Positions 15,148 to 22,937 of a stretch of 32,000 bases of DNA are shown here, piece by piece. The notes under the pieces were generated by a model that was not told the DNA's origin, made no database searches, and saw nothing but the letters and a program-made list of their open reading frames with translations. How positions within the stretch are numbered: the first letter of the stretch is position 1; each line of letters starts with the position of its first letter. The translations under genes and the position numbers were made by a program. This DNA comes from Candidatus Saccharimonadota bacterium (lineage in GTDB: Bacteria; Patescibacteriota; Microgenomatia; UBA1406; GWC2-37-13): contig MGBH01000001.1 in assembly GCA_001790095.1 (NCBI GenBank), positions 480,001 to 512,000 of the forward strand, in the 5' to 3' direction.

Positions 15148-15831
15148 CTAAAAGGGGTTGTCTTTGGTTTCATATTCTTGAGGAGTGTCGCTTTCATCTT
15201 CTTTAAGCGTAATCTGAACTTTTTGTTTTATTTGCTCAAGTTTTTCTATGTCCTTTTTACTCAGTTGAGGAATGACCGATTCATTAAATGTAAATTTCTT
15301 GCTGTAAAAATTAAGAGATACTTTTGTATTAGTAAAATTCACACCAGAAAATTCAATCTTCTCACTGGTAATAAGCCTTCCTCCTGTATACTCATAGTTA
15401 CGTAAAAATATTAAAAAAGCAGACAAACTCCCTCTTCCTTCAATAATGATTGACATCTTTTCTCGTGAGGATTTTGATAAATTTATAGTATAGCTCGTTA
15501 TGGAAAATCCCGTTTTTTGAGATATGGTTTCAAGTGCATAGATAACTGAAAAATAATCTTCAGATTCTGGAATCAAAGAAGTCAGTATTTTGTTGTAAAT
15601 AATGATTTGATCTTCTGTAAGCGATTTGTTGAATTTAAGAGTATCGCTTCTGTTTTTCAGAAGATTTACTTCTTCCTTTAGGATAGCCTGCTGATTAGAA
15701 AGTTCTTTAAAGCTTTTATATGAGGAAGATACAAGTAAGATAATTACAACAATTGATACGAGGGTCAAAATAGTTGACCAGTAATCCCTTAAAAAAAACT
15801 TAATTTTGCGTATGTTAATTAGATTCTTCAT
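15148..15831 (-). CDS. pilO: Type IV pilus assembly protein, PilO-like
   Basis: 227 aa. Short N-terminus, one TM (ILTLVSIVVIILLV), a coiled-coil (NQQAILKEEVNLLKNRSDTL), then an alpha/beta domain. It is the third gene after pilM and pilN and overlaps pilN by 17 nt. The assignment rests on architecture and position only. Confidence 0.55.
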   Translation of the reverse strand: MKNLINIRKIKFFLRDYWSTILTLVSIVVIILLVSSSYKSFKELSNQQAILKEEVNLLKNRSDTLKFNKSLTEDQIIIYNKILTSLIPESEDYFSVIYALETISQKTGFSITSYTINLSKSSREKMSIIIEGRGSLSAFLIFLRNYEYTGGRLITSEKIEFSGVNFTNTKVSLNFYSKKFTFNESVIPQLSKKDIEKLEQIKQKVQITLKEDESDTPQEYETKDNPF

Positions 15832-16414
15832 TTAGTTCTTTAAATTTACCTTTAAATTGTAGTTGAAAATTTTTGTTTGCATAACGCGCAGTAGATACAA
15901 CAACAACGTCACGATTAAGACTAAGACTTGCCATCGATAGTTCATCAAAATTTTTTAGAAACTCTTCAGATTCAACGTATTTCAGAAAGGAAATCATGGT
16001 TTCATAATCCTTAAACTTAATAACAAAGCTTGTACTTCTTGTTTTATCAATTTCAATTGAGTCAAGTGTCGCTGAATCAGTGGAGGTATTGAGCATATCA
16101 AGAAGTATTGAATAATAAGGTGCAAAGCGGGCATCGTCTTTCTCATACGTATATAGTTGAGTTTGCTTTCCTTTAAAAAAACGTATATTGGCTTCAACGT
16201 CTTTTTCCTCCATGAGAAGAGATAAGTACAGTTGTTTCTTTTTTAACAGATCGTTCATTTCTGCCCGCAATATAATAGTCCTTGTTATGGTGATAACAAA
16301 TAATACAAAAAAAATGAGTCCGATAATTGTACCAAAACGCTTTATTTTATTTGCGTAAGAAGCAAAAGCGTTAAAGCGTTTCTTTTTACTAAATAGATTT
16401 AGTCTTTTTTTCAT
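15815..16414 (-). CDS. pilN: Type IV pilus assembly protein, PilN-like
   Basis: The start is set to ATG 16414, which gives an ATGA overlap with the pilM stop and has GGAGG 9 nt upstream. Basic N-terminus, one TM (GTIIGLIFFVLFVITI), then a periplasmic-type domain. Assigned by position downstream of pilM. Confidence 0.55.
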   Translation of the reverse strand: MKKRLNLFSKKKRFNAFASYANKIKRFGTIIGLIFFVLFVITITRTIILRAEMNDLLKKKQLYLSLLMEEKDVEANIRFFKGKQTQLYTYEKDDARFAPYYSILLDMLNTSTDSATLDSIEIDKTRSTSFVIKFKDYETMISFLKYVESEEFLKNFDELSMASLSLNRDVVVVSTARYANKNFQLQFKGKFKELNEESN

Positions 16415-17433
16415 CTTAATACGCCTCCGATTGCACAAATATATGATGGCATGTCTGTTGAGAAAGACTGTGATACGGGGTTGTTCACGAGAAACTCACG
16501 GAGATAAAGTGCTTCTGTATGTAAAAGAAGCACTTCTGAAATTTTTTTTTCAAAAGAAAGGATATTGCTGCTGTAATTAAACACAAATATCTTAGATACA
16601 GGAAGTGCATATTTTTCTTTCGAAAATATCATAAATTTGGATAGTTCTCCCATTAGTTCTTTCATCAGGGGGGCAACAATGGTAGAAGTATCATAAGATG
16701 CATTCTTTTCAAAGCCAATTGTTCGTAAAACTTCAATAGCCTTAGACTCCTGGAGTTCAAAGTTGAATTTAAGTTCTTTAAGAAATAAATCGTACCCGAC
16801 TTTAATCGTACGGGTTAACAAAATAAGCGATGTCTGTGTGTCAATTAGATATATTGAACTGCTAGCGAACCCGAAATTTAATACAAGGTACGTCCCTGAT
16901 CCTTGTTGTTTTAATACCTCAGAAAAAAGTCTTCCGAAAGAACTCATTTCGTTTTCAAGAGATTCGGGATTAAGCCCAGCCATTTCAATAGCTTTTTCAA
17001 CTCTGTCTACTGTTTTTTTTGGTGAGGCTACAATAAGTATAGTATTTTTTTTATTCTGCTTGTCTTCTTTCATGATCTCAATATCCAGCACAACCTCTTC
17101 AATAGACATGGGTATAAACTGATCTGATTGGTAACGGACTGCTGAAAGGAGCTCTTTTTCATTTAATTTTGCGAACTCAAGGATTTGAGAAAATGACTGA
17201 CTATCTGGAATAATTATATTGGCGTTTTTCTTGACTATTTTTAAATTTGCATACAGCTTTGATATTATCTCTGACTGGTTTTCAATACTTTTTTCCGTGT
17301 CGTCCGAAAAGAAATTCGGAATAGTGTTTTCTGTACCCATACACGATAGGTCTATCTTGCCATTTTTATAAGTAAGGTCAACTATACGAGTATATTTTTC
17401 ATTGATATCAATTGCAAAAGATGAATCTGTCAT
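16411..17433 (-). CDS. pilM: Type IV pilus assembly ATPase-fold protein PilM
   Basis: 340 aa with an actin/FtsA-like pattern (FAIDINEKYTRIVDL..., LVLNFGFASSSIYLID). It is followed by the PilN/O-like genes. Confidence 0.75.
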   Translation of the reverse strand: MTDSSFAIDINEKYTRIVDLTYKNGKIDLSCMGTENTIPNFFSDDTEKSIENQSEIISKLYANLKIVKKNANIIIPDSQSFSQILEFAKLNEKELLSAVRYQSDQFIPMSIEEVVLDIEIMKEDKQNKKNTILIVASPKKTVDRVEKAIEMAGLNPESLENEMSSFGRLFSEVLKQQGSGTYLVLNFGFASSSIYLIDTQTSLILLTRTIKVGYDLFLKELKFNFELQESKAIEVLRTIGFEKNASYDTSTIVAPLMKELMGELSKFMIFSKEKYALPVSKIFVFNYSSNILSFEKKISEVLLLHTEALYLREFLVNNPVSQSFSTDMPSYICAIGGVLR

Positions 17434-17442
17434 ATAGCTTTA

Positions 17443-17471
17443 AGTATCCAGAAAATTGGATCAAAAGTCAA
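17443..17471 (-). promoter_or_regulatory. Internal promoter for pilMNO (TTGACT - 17 nt - GATACT)
   Basis: On the minus strand the -35 TTGACT is plus 17471..17466, the spacer is 17 nt and the -10 GATACT is plus 17448..17443. The ATG at 17433 lies 9 nt downstream of the -10. Confidence 0.45.
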
Positions 17472-17486
17472 GCAAAAAAACCTACT

Positions 17487-18062
17487 CTAATAATTTCGTA
17501 GCTGAAACTTTGTACTGTATTGAAGTGGGGTTGGGTTCAATTCATTTGATCTTACCACATCAAATGACGTATAAACGACCGGTGGACTAAATATACTTGT
17601 CCGATAACAGGTAAACTTCAAGTTAGATACCTTTACTTTATCGTTTGTAAGATAAAGATTCTTTATTTCGTTTCCTGGGCTTTGAGAAGCTATCTTGTTG
17701 TCTAACAATTCATAGGAAAAACTTACCGAGTCTTTGTCAAAAAAAAATATGAAAGGCATTGTCGTTGGCATTGGAGTTGGATAAACAGGACAGATGTCAA
17801 TAATTGTTGGATATAGTGAACTTGGATATATGGAAGGGTTTGTGATTTTTTCTGCATATTGCTTAACTGTACCACGCATGGAGAAAAGCGCTTGGTCTCC
17901 TTGTTTTTTTACTTCTTGAAGGGAATAAATTCGCGCCTGTTGCTGAATAATAAGAAAGACTATAGCAAAAAGGATAGGCAATACAAACCCAATGACACCA
18001 ACCACAACCACCATTTCAATCAACGTAAAACCTTTTTTTTGGAAATTTATTTTTATTCCCAT
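17487..18062 (-). CDS. Minor (pseudo)pilin with prepilin N-terminal cleavage/methylation motif, GspJ/PilW-like
   Basis: From ATG 18062 the protein reads MGIKINFQKKG|FTLIEMVVVVGVIGFVLPILF, with the class III signal motif G|FTLIE. The track start at 18116 would overlap the upstream gene by 64 nt. Confidence 0.7.
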   Translation of the reverse strand: MGIKINFQKKGFTLIEMVVVVGVIGFVLPILFAIVFLIIQQQARIYSLQEVKKQGDQALFSMRGTVKQYAEKITNPSIYPSSLYPTIIDICPVYPTPMPTTMPFIFFFDKDSVSFSYELLDNKIASQSPGNEIKNLYLTNDKVKVSNLKFTCYRTSIFSPPVVYTSFDVVRSNELNPTPLQYSTKFQLRNY

Positions 18063-18562
18063 ACTGAATAAACAGCCTTTAACGGAACTGAATATAGATA
18101 ATTGCCATCTTTCCACTCAACAGAAAATCTAACACTAATTTGTTTAACAAAATTTCCTTCCATAAGGGTAGCTGAAAAGGTAGCCATTCTTCTATATTGA
18201 CCCTCTAGCTCAAAATAACAGCTACCAACACCCTTTGAAGGCCATGAGGGGGATAGAGGAGCAGTATTAAAACAAAACTCAGTTGATGCAGGTGTTGATT
18301 GAGTTACTTGTTCTGTGAAGTTTGTGATTAATCCTCCCGCATAAGTCGTCCCTCCCCAGTTGATTTCCTTTTCAGCCTGCAACCACTCACGTAGTTCTTC
18401 TGCATAATGAGTAGCAATCACTTTTTTTTGGTTTGCTTTGGTGATGCGCAAAGAAGTGGTAATTACAGACGCAGCAAGAACGAAAAAGAGAGAGAAAACT
18501 GTGGTAAAAATCATTACTTCTATAAGTGAAAATGCCTTTATTGGTACTGGTAGCTGTTTCAT
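18053..18562 (-). CDS. Minor (pseudo)pilin, GspI/PilV-like, atypical Ala at position -1
   Basis: MKQLPVPIKA|FSLIEVMIFTTVFSLFFVLAA has a prepilin-type hydrophobic N-terminus with Glu at position 5. Confidence 0.65.
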   Translation of the reverse strand: MKQLPVPIKAFSLIEVMIFTTVFSLFFVLAASVITTSLRITKANQKKVIATHYAEELREWLQAEKEINWGGTTYAGGLITNFTEQVTQSTPASTEFCFNTAPLSPSWPSKGVGSCYFELEGQYRRMATFSATLMEGNFVKQISVRFSVEWKDGNYLYSVPLKAVYSVWE

Positions 18563-18565
18563 GGA

Positions 18566-19087
18566 TTACGGGCAAATACTTGGACATGCGTCACAAGCAC
18601 TACACGCATCTTCACTGATAAGTCCTGTGCTTGAAACTTTGGTATATCTACACACACCGCTTCCACTTAGTGCTGTATTTTTTATGTAAATATAATCACA
18701 TTTTGCACCACCTGTGATAGGAAAAAAGGAAACTGAAAGGACGGGTGTTGGAAATACTATATTTGTTTCTGTTTTATATACAATTGGGCTTGGAGATCCC
18801 GCGCTACAGTTGGGCTGAAGTGAATATTCACTCGAAGATAAGATCTCAATACTATATGAGGCAATCTCTGCCCCAACACCACCACACATTGATGAATCAC
18901 CAGCTATTGTTTTGGCTCGGGCTAAACTTAGTATATTTGCTATTTTTTTTCCCGTATTTTCCAATTTTTTTTGCTCTGTGTATTGATTATAATAACCAAC
19001 TGAATAACCCGAAAAAAGGAGGATAAAAGAGATGACTACCAATAGTTCAATGAGAGTAAAGCCTGAATTTTTCTTCTGTCTTTCCAT
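18566..19087 (-). CDS. Minor (pseudo)pilin, GspH/FimT-like, Cys-rich C-terminus
   Basis: MERQKKNSG|FTLIELLVVISFILLFSG, then ...KKIANILSLARAKTIAG (a GspH-like motif). The C-terminus is ...DACSACDACPSICP. Confidence 0.7.
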   Translation of the reverse strand: MERQKKNSGFTLIELLVVISFILLFSGYSVGYYNQYTEQKKLENTGKKIANILSLARAKTIAGDSSMCGGVGAEIASYSIEILSSSEYSLQPNCSAGSPSPIVYKTETNIVFPTPVLSVSFFPITGGAKCDYIYIKNTALSGSGVCRYTKVSSTGLISEDACSACDACPSICP

Positions 19088-19093
19088 AAGTAG

Positions 19094-19567
19094 TTACGGT
19101 GGTACTATTTGACCATACGGACCCATACAGTAGTTACAGCTTGTAGCTCCAACAATAGCACAATCTCCGCACGAGGAGGTGCTTGACTGTTCAAGATAGG
19201 CCCCAAGTGTATAATCAATTCCATTACTCTCATAATAATAGGTATATTGAGCAGTCTTTGGATCGTTTGGCACTTTTCTTAAATAATATATACCCGATGT
19301 ACAGGTGGGCGGATCATCACAAATATCACCTCCAAATGTAACTTCTGAGGTAAGAGGATAACTATCATTTTTACTTTTATACATTTCAAGTGATGCTCTG
19401 ATTTGTTCTAGATCTCCTTTTCGTTTGGCATCACGTGACTTTTTTAGAAACTCGGTATAAGTAACCATACCGATAGTTGAAATAATCCCGATTATGGTAA
19501 CAACAACCAATATCTCTATAAAGGAAAAGCCGTGTCGCTTTTCTTTGTTTTGTAAATAATTAATCAT
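19094..19567 (-). CDS. GspG/PulG-like pilin paralog 3
   Basis: MINYLQNKEKRHG|FSFIEILVVVTIIGIIS...KKSRDAKRKGDLEQIRASLEMY is the GspG-type helix. The C-terminal Cys cluster is SSCGDCAIVGATSCNYC. Confidence 0.75.
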   Translation of the reverse strand: MINYLQNKEKRHGFSFIEILVVVTIIGIISTIGMVTYTEFLKKSRDAKRKGDLEQIRASLEMYKSKNDSYPLTSEVTFGGDICDDPPTCTSGIYYLRKVPNDPKTAQYTYYYESNGIDYTLGAYLEQSSTSSCGDCAIVGATSCNYCMGPYGQIVPP

Positions 19568-19570
19568 AGA

Positions 19571-19978
19571 TTATTGTTGGTTTGAAAGACAATATCCTGT
19601 TGGTGACTCGCTTTCAATAAGATATGAACAAATCCGATACATGCTACTTGAACTTGTCGGCATAAGATAGGGAGTACCACCTTTTGGATCAGCAGGTACA
19701 GTAGGCAAAAATACTGTTGCTGGATTCGAACAACCAATGGTCGGTACAAAACCAGAAGAACTAACGGGATAAGAATACCCGCACACCGAGTAATACTGCT
19801 CAAAAGCGTTTTGTATTACTTTCAAATCGCTTTTCCTTCGCGAATCACGAGACTTTTTTTGTGCGGTGGAATAAGATATGGAGGCAATCGTAATCACTAT
19901 GGAGATAATTGCCAGCACTATCAACATCTCAAGTAGAGTAAAACCTTTCTGTACCGAATTTTGTTTGATTTTAATCAT
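19571..19978 (-). CDS. GspG/PulG-like pilin paralog 2
   Basis: MIKIKQNSVQKG|FTLLEMLIVLAIISIVITIA...KKSRDSRRKSDLKVIQNAFEQYY. Confidence 0.75.
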   Translation of the reverse strand: MIKIKQNSVQKGFTLLEMLIVLAIISIVITIASISYSTAQKKSRDSRRKSDLKVIQNAFEQYYSVCGYSYPVSSSGFVPTIGCSNPATVFLPTVPADPKGGTPYLMPTSSSSMYRICSYLIESESPTGYCLSNQQ

Positions 19979-19995
19979 AGAAATAATTTAAACTG

Positions 19996-20481
19996 CTATG
20001 GTTGAGTAACTACATAACATTTTTTTGGCGATGTACAACCGTAGGTAGTAATAGTTGCAAAATCTGATGGACAACTGCCCCCTTCTGAATCAAGCGAATT
20101 ATCAAGACATGCGGCAAGCAGATACTCAAGTGTTTCTCCAGGAGTACCCGTTGGATTCCGATGATAATAATATTTTTTTGGTGTCGCACAGGATGCACTT
20201 GGATCGCCAGGCACCTTGGACATATATAAATAACCTGTTCCCGACCAACCTGTGCAAGGGGCGGGAAAGGAGGCGTCAATTGGGTAGGAGGGAGGCGATT
20301 GGTTTGATTTATAGAACTCAAGGGCTTTTTGAATCTGTCTTATATCTGATTTACGCTGAGCATCTCTAGCTCGTTCTCTTGCATCCATGAAATTGGGAAG
20401 TAGTATCACCACCATCCCCGCAAGAATAGCAATAACGACAAGTATTTCAATTAATGTGAAAGAAGATTCTGTGTTGTTCAT
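19996..20481 (-). CDS. GspG/PulG-like pilin paralog 1, atypical Ser at position -1
   Basis: MNNTESS|FTLIEILVVIAILAGMVVILLPNFMDARERARDAQRKSDIRQIQKALEFY. Four C-terminal Cys. Confidence 0.72.
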   Translation of the reverse strand: MNNTESSFTLIEILVVIAILAGMVVILLPNFMDARERARDAQRKSDIRQIQKALEFYKSNQSPPSYPIDASFPAPCTGWSGTGYLYMSKVPGDPSASCATPKKYYYHRNPTGTPGETLEYLLAACLDNSLDSEGGSCPSDFATITTYGCTSPKKCYVVTQP

Positions 20482-20486
20482 GCTCT

Positions 20487-21176
20487 TTACTTCATCGTAA
20501 CTGTTTTGTGGATAAAAATCAATAGATTGTCAAGAGCAAGCTGATGGCTGTGATTCAATAGAAGGATGTTGTTCTTTGTCTGGAACGCTTTATTCATGAT
20601 TGGTATAAGATCTATTTTTTTAGATTCAAGAAGTTTTTGTCTTAAAAACAAAATTAAATCATCAATAAGAATAATTGCTTCATCTCTTGTCTTTGTTAAC
20701 GTCAGATCGTTCTGTAAAAAACCGTAGCTTTCTTTTTTCTGAAGCTCATTAAACATTGTGTTAATTTTTTGAATTCTTTCTTTCTCTAGTACAGCGTTTT
20801 CTTTATCAAGATAGACTAAGCTAACTCTTGATTGTACCGTTGACAGTATCGATCTGTTATTTTTTGCACACAAAAAAAAGGTGTTTTCTTTTGTTTTTTC
20901 TTCTAACATTTTTAGAATCGCGTTTTGAGCCTCAATAGATGCAGTTTCAAAAGAATGAATAACGATTATTCTTTTTGATGTGGCTTTGGTGAAAACAAAA
21001 TAAGAAATGTCGCGTATTTCGTTAATTCCTAATTCTTGAGTCTTGGGAATTATATGTATCACGTCGTAAGATAAAACCGCGTTGTCCCGTATATAGCTTG
21101 CAATATAAGTGTTTATTTTTTTCTCGTCAAGAGAGATGATAAGTTGAGGAATCATATCCGTATTGAATTCTAACAA
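20487..21176 (-). CDS. DNA polymerase III delta-prime (HolB)-like protein without P-loop; start uncertain (TTG 21176 or ATG 21155)
   Basis: EAQNAILKMLEEKTKENTFFLCAKNNRSILSTVQSRVSLV matches the clamp-loader sensor region (AANALLKTLEEPP...TI.SRC). No GxxGxGK motif is present. It ends 5 nt before the first pilin gene. Confidence 0.5.
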   Translation of the reverse strand: MLEFNTDMIPQLIISLDEKKINTYIASYIRDNAVLSYDVIHIIPKTQELGINEIRDISYFVFTKATSKRIIVIHSFETASIEAQNAILKMLEEKTKENTFFLCAKNNRSILSTVQSRVSLVYLDKENAVLEKERIQKINTMFNELQKKESYGFLQNDLTLTKTRDEAIILIDDLILFLRQKLLESKKIDLIPIMNKAFQTKNNILLLNHSHQLALDNLLIFIHKTVTMK

Positions 21177-21183
21177 AATTCAA

Positions 21184-21197
21184 ACTATATTTATAGT
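21184..21197. promoter_or_regulatory. 14-bp palindrome ACTATA-TT-TATAGT: back-to-back divergent -10 boxes between the two pilus arms
   Basis: TATAGT at 21192-21197 on the plus strand lies 5 nt before the pilB ATG at 21203. TATAGT on the minus strand (21189..21184) lies 7 nt before TTG 21176. It is a perfect inverted repeat. Confidence 0.45.
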
Positions 21198-21202
21198 AAG
21201 TT

Positions 21203-22915
21203 ATGATTATCTCACCAAAACAATTTATAGCAAGGCTTGTCGAAAACCACGTTATTGATGGGGAGGCTGCAGACAGAATTGAGATTGATGCACTTAATAA
21301 GAATCTTCCTATATTTGATTATTTACTCAAGTATGGTAATGTCAAAAAAGAATCCGTACTTAAGGTGCAGGCCGATATTTTGAATGTTCCGTACATTGAC
21401 ATATCATCATCTGCAGCAGATCCACAGGCTTTAAATTTTATTCCTGAGTCCGTAGCTCGGACATATACTGTCATACCTTATGCGTATGACACTAAGACCG
21501 ATACAGTGTATATCGCCTCATCTGATCCGCTTAACTTCAATCTTAACGATTTTCTTGAAAAAAAAACAAAGAAGCGAGTTATCTTAGCTCTAGGAAATAT
21601 CGAAGACATACTTCGCGCCATTAGTATCTCTTATGCGCACGGGTTATCACCCGAAGTAAAAGAGGCACTTGCTGAGGTGTCAGACGATACTACTAAGGGA
21701 AAAGAAAAAGACACAGCAGTGATTAAAGAGGCTCCTATCGCTAAGATTGTAGACACTATACTTGAGTTTGCTGTGAAGGGAAGAGCATCAGATGTACACA
21801 TTGAAGCGGAGGAGGGTAAAACTCGGATACGATACCGCATCGATGGAGTTCTCCAGGAAAAATTAACCCTTCCCCGCACCATACACGACTCACTTGTATC
21901 GCGCATCAAAATACTTTCCGAAATGAAGATTGATGAAAGACGCATACCTCAAGATGGAAGATTTGGTTTTAAAATGGGAGAGGAAGAAGTGGATCTACGT
22001 GTATCAACACTACCAACTGTGCATGGAGAAAAAGTTGTTATGAGACTTCTCAAAAAAACAGGCGGGTTGCCGCTTTTAAGTGAACTAGGACTAAGAGGTC
22101 CGCAGTTTAAAGACTTGGAAGAAGCTGTCTCAAAACCATATGGTATTATTCTTGTCACGGGACCTACCGGCTCTGGAAAGACAACTACTTTATACTCCGT
22201 ATTAACAAAGCTTAATAAACCAACGGTAAATATAGTTACCCTTGAAGATCCTGTCGAATACCAAATTGAGGGTATAAACCAAGTTCAAATCAACCCACAG
22301 GCCGGTTTGACCTTTGCAACAGGTCTTCGTGCTTTTTTACGACAAGATCCAAACATTATTCTTGTTGGAGAAATCCGAGATAAGGAAACAACTCAGCTTG
22401 CAATTCAAGCAGCTCTTACCGGTCATCTTGTGTTTTCTACACTTCATACCAATGATGCAGCCACAGCGATACCGCGCCTTATTGATCTTGGCGGTGAGCC
22501 CTTTCTTATCTCTTCAGTATTAAATGCCTCGATAGCTCAAAGAATTGCGCGTCGTATATGTGAAAGTTGTAAAGAAACTTATCAGCCGACACCTCAAATA
22601 AAAGAAAATATTGTAAGCGTGCTCGGTCCGCTTTTGCCCTCTAAGTATTCAAAAGGGGAGGATGTAAAGCTTTCTCGTGGCAAGGGGTGTATTGAATGCA
22701 ATTTTTCGGGTTATTTAGGCAGAATTGCCATTTTTGAAGTACTAAAAATAACTCCAGCCATTAACAAAATGATACTTCGAGAAGCTTCTGCTAAGGAGAT
22801 AGAACAACAAGCTCGTACAACCGAAAGTCTTATTATTATGAAGCAAGATGGATACCTTAAGGCCCTTGATGGAATAACTACCATTGAAGAAGTATTACGC
22901 ATAGCTGAAGTATGA
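21203..22915 (+). CDS. pilB: Type IV pilus assembly (extension) ATPase PilB / GspE family
   Basis: 570 aa. N-terminal T2SSE_N/MshEN-type domain, Walker A GPTGSGKTTT, Walker B ILVGEIRD, GHLVFSTLHTND, and the tetracysteine CESC...CIEC. Confidence 0.93.
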   Translation: MIISPKQFIARLVENHVIDGEAADRIEIDALNKNLPIFDYLLKYGNVKKESVLKVQADILNVPYIDISSSAADPQALNFIPESVARTYTVIPYAYDTKTDTVYIASSDPLNFNLNDFLEKKTKKRVILALGNIEDILRAISISYAHGLSPEVKEALAEVSDDTTKGKEKDTAVIKEAPIAKIVDTILEFAVKGRASDVHIEAEEGKTRIRYRIDGVLQEKLTLPRTIHDSLVSRIKILSEMKIDERRIPQDGRFGFKMGEEEVDLRVSTLPTVHGEKVVMRLLKKTGGLPLLSELGLRGPQFKDLEEAVSKPYGIILVTGPTGSGKTTTLYSVLTKLNKPTVNIVTLEDPVEYQIEGINQVQINPQAGLTFATGLRAFLRQDPNIILVGEIRDKETTQLAIQAALTGHLVFSTLHTNDAATAIPRLIDLGGEPFLISSVLNASIAQRIARRICESCKETYQPTPQIKENIVSVLGPLLPSKYSKGEDVKLSRGKGCIECNFSGYLGRIAIFEVLKITPAINKMILREASAKEIEQQARTTESLIIMKQDGYLKALDGITTIEEVLRIAEV

Positions 22916-22937
22916 TGAACAATTATAGATTATATAT

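Noticed and set aside
21203-21640. c-di-GMP-binding MshEN motif in the PilB N-terminal domain
   Set aside because: The N-terminal domain is of the T2SSE_N type. I could not match the RLGxx(L/V/I)(L/V/I)xxG(L/V/I)(L/V/I)xxxxLxxxLxxQ signature by eye, and the key Gly residues are absent.
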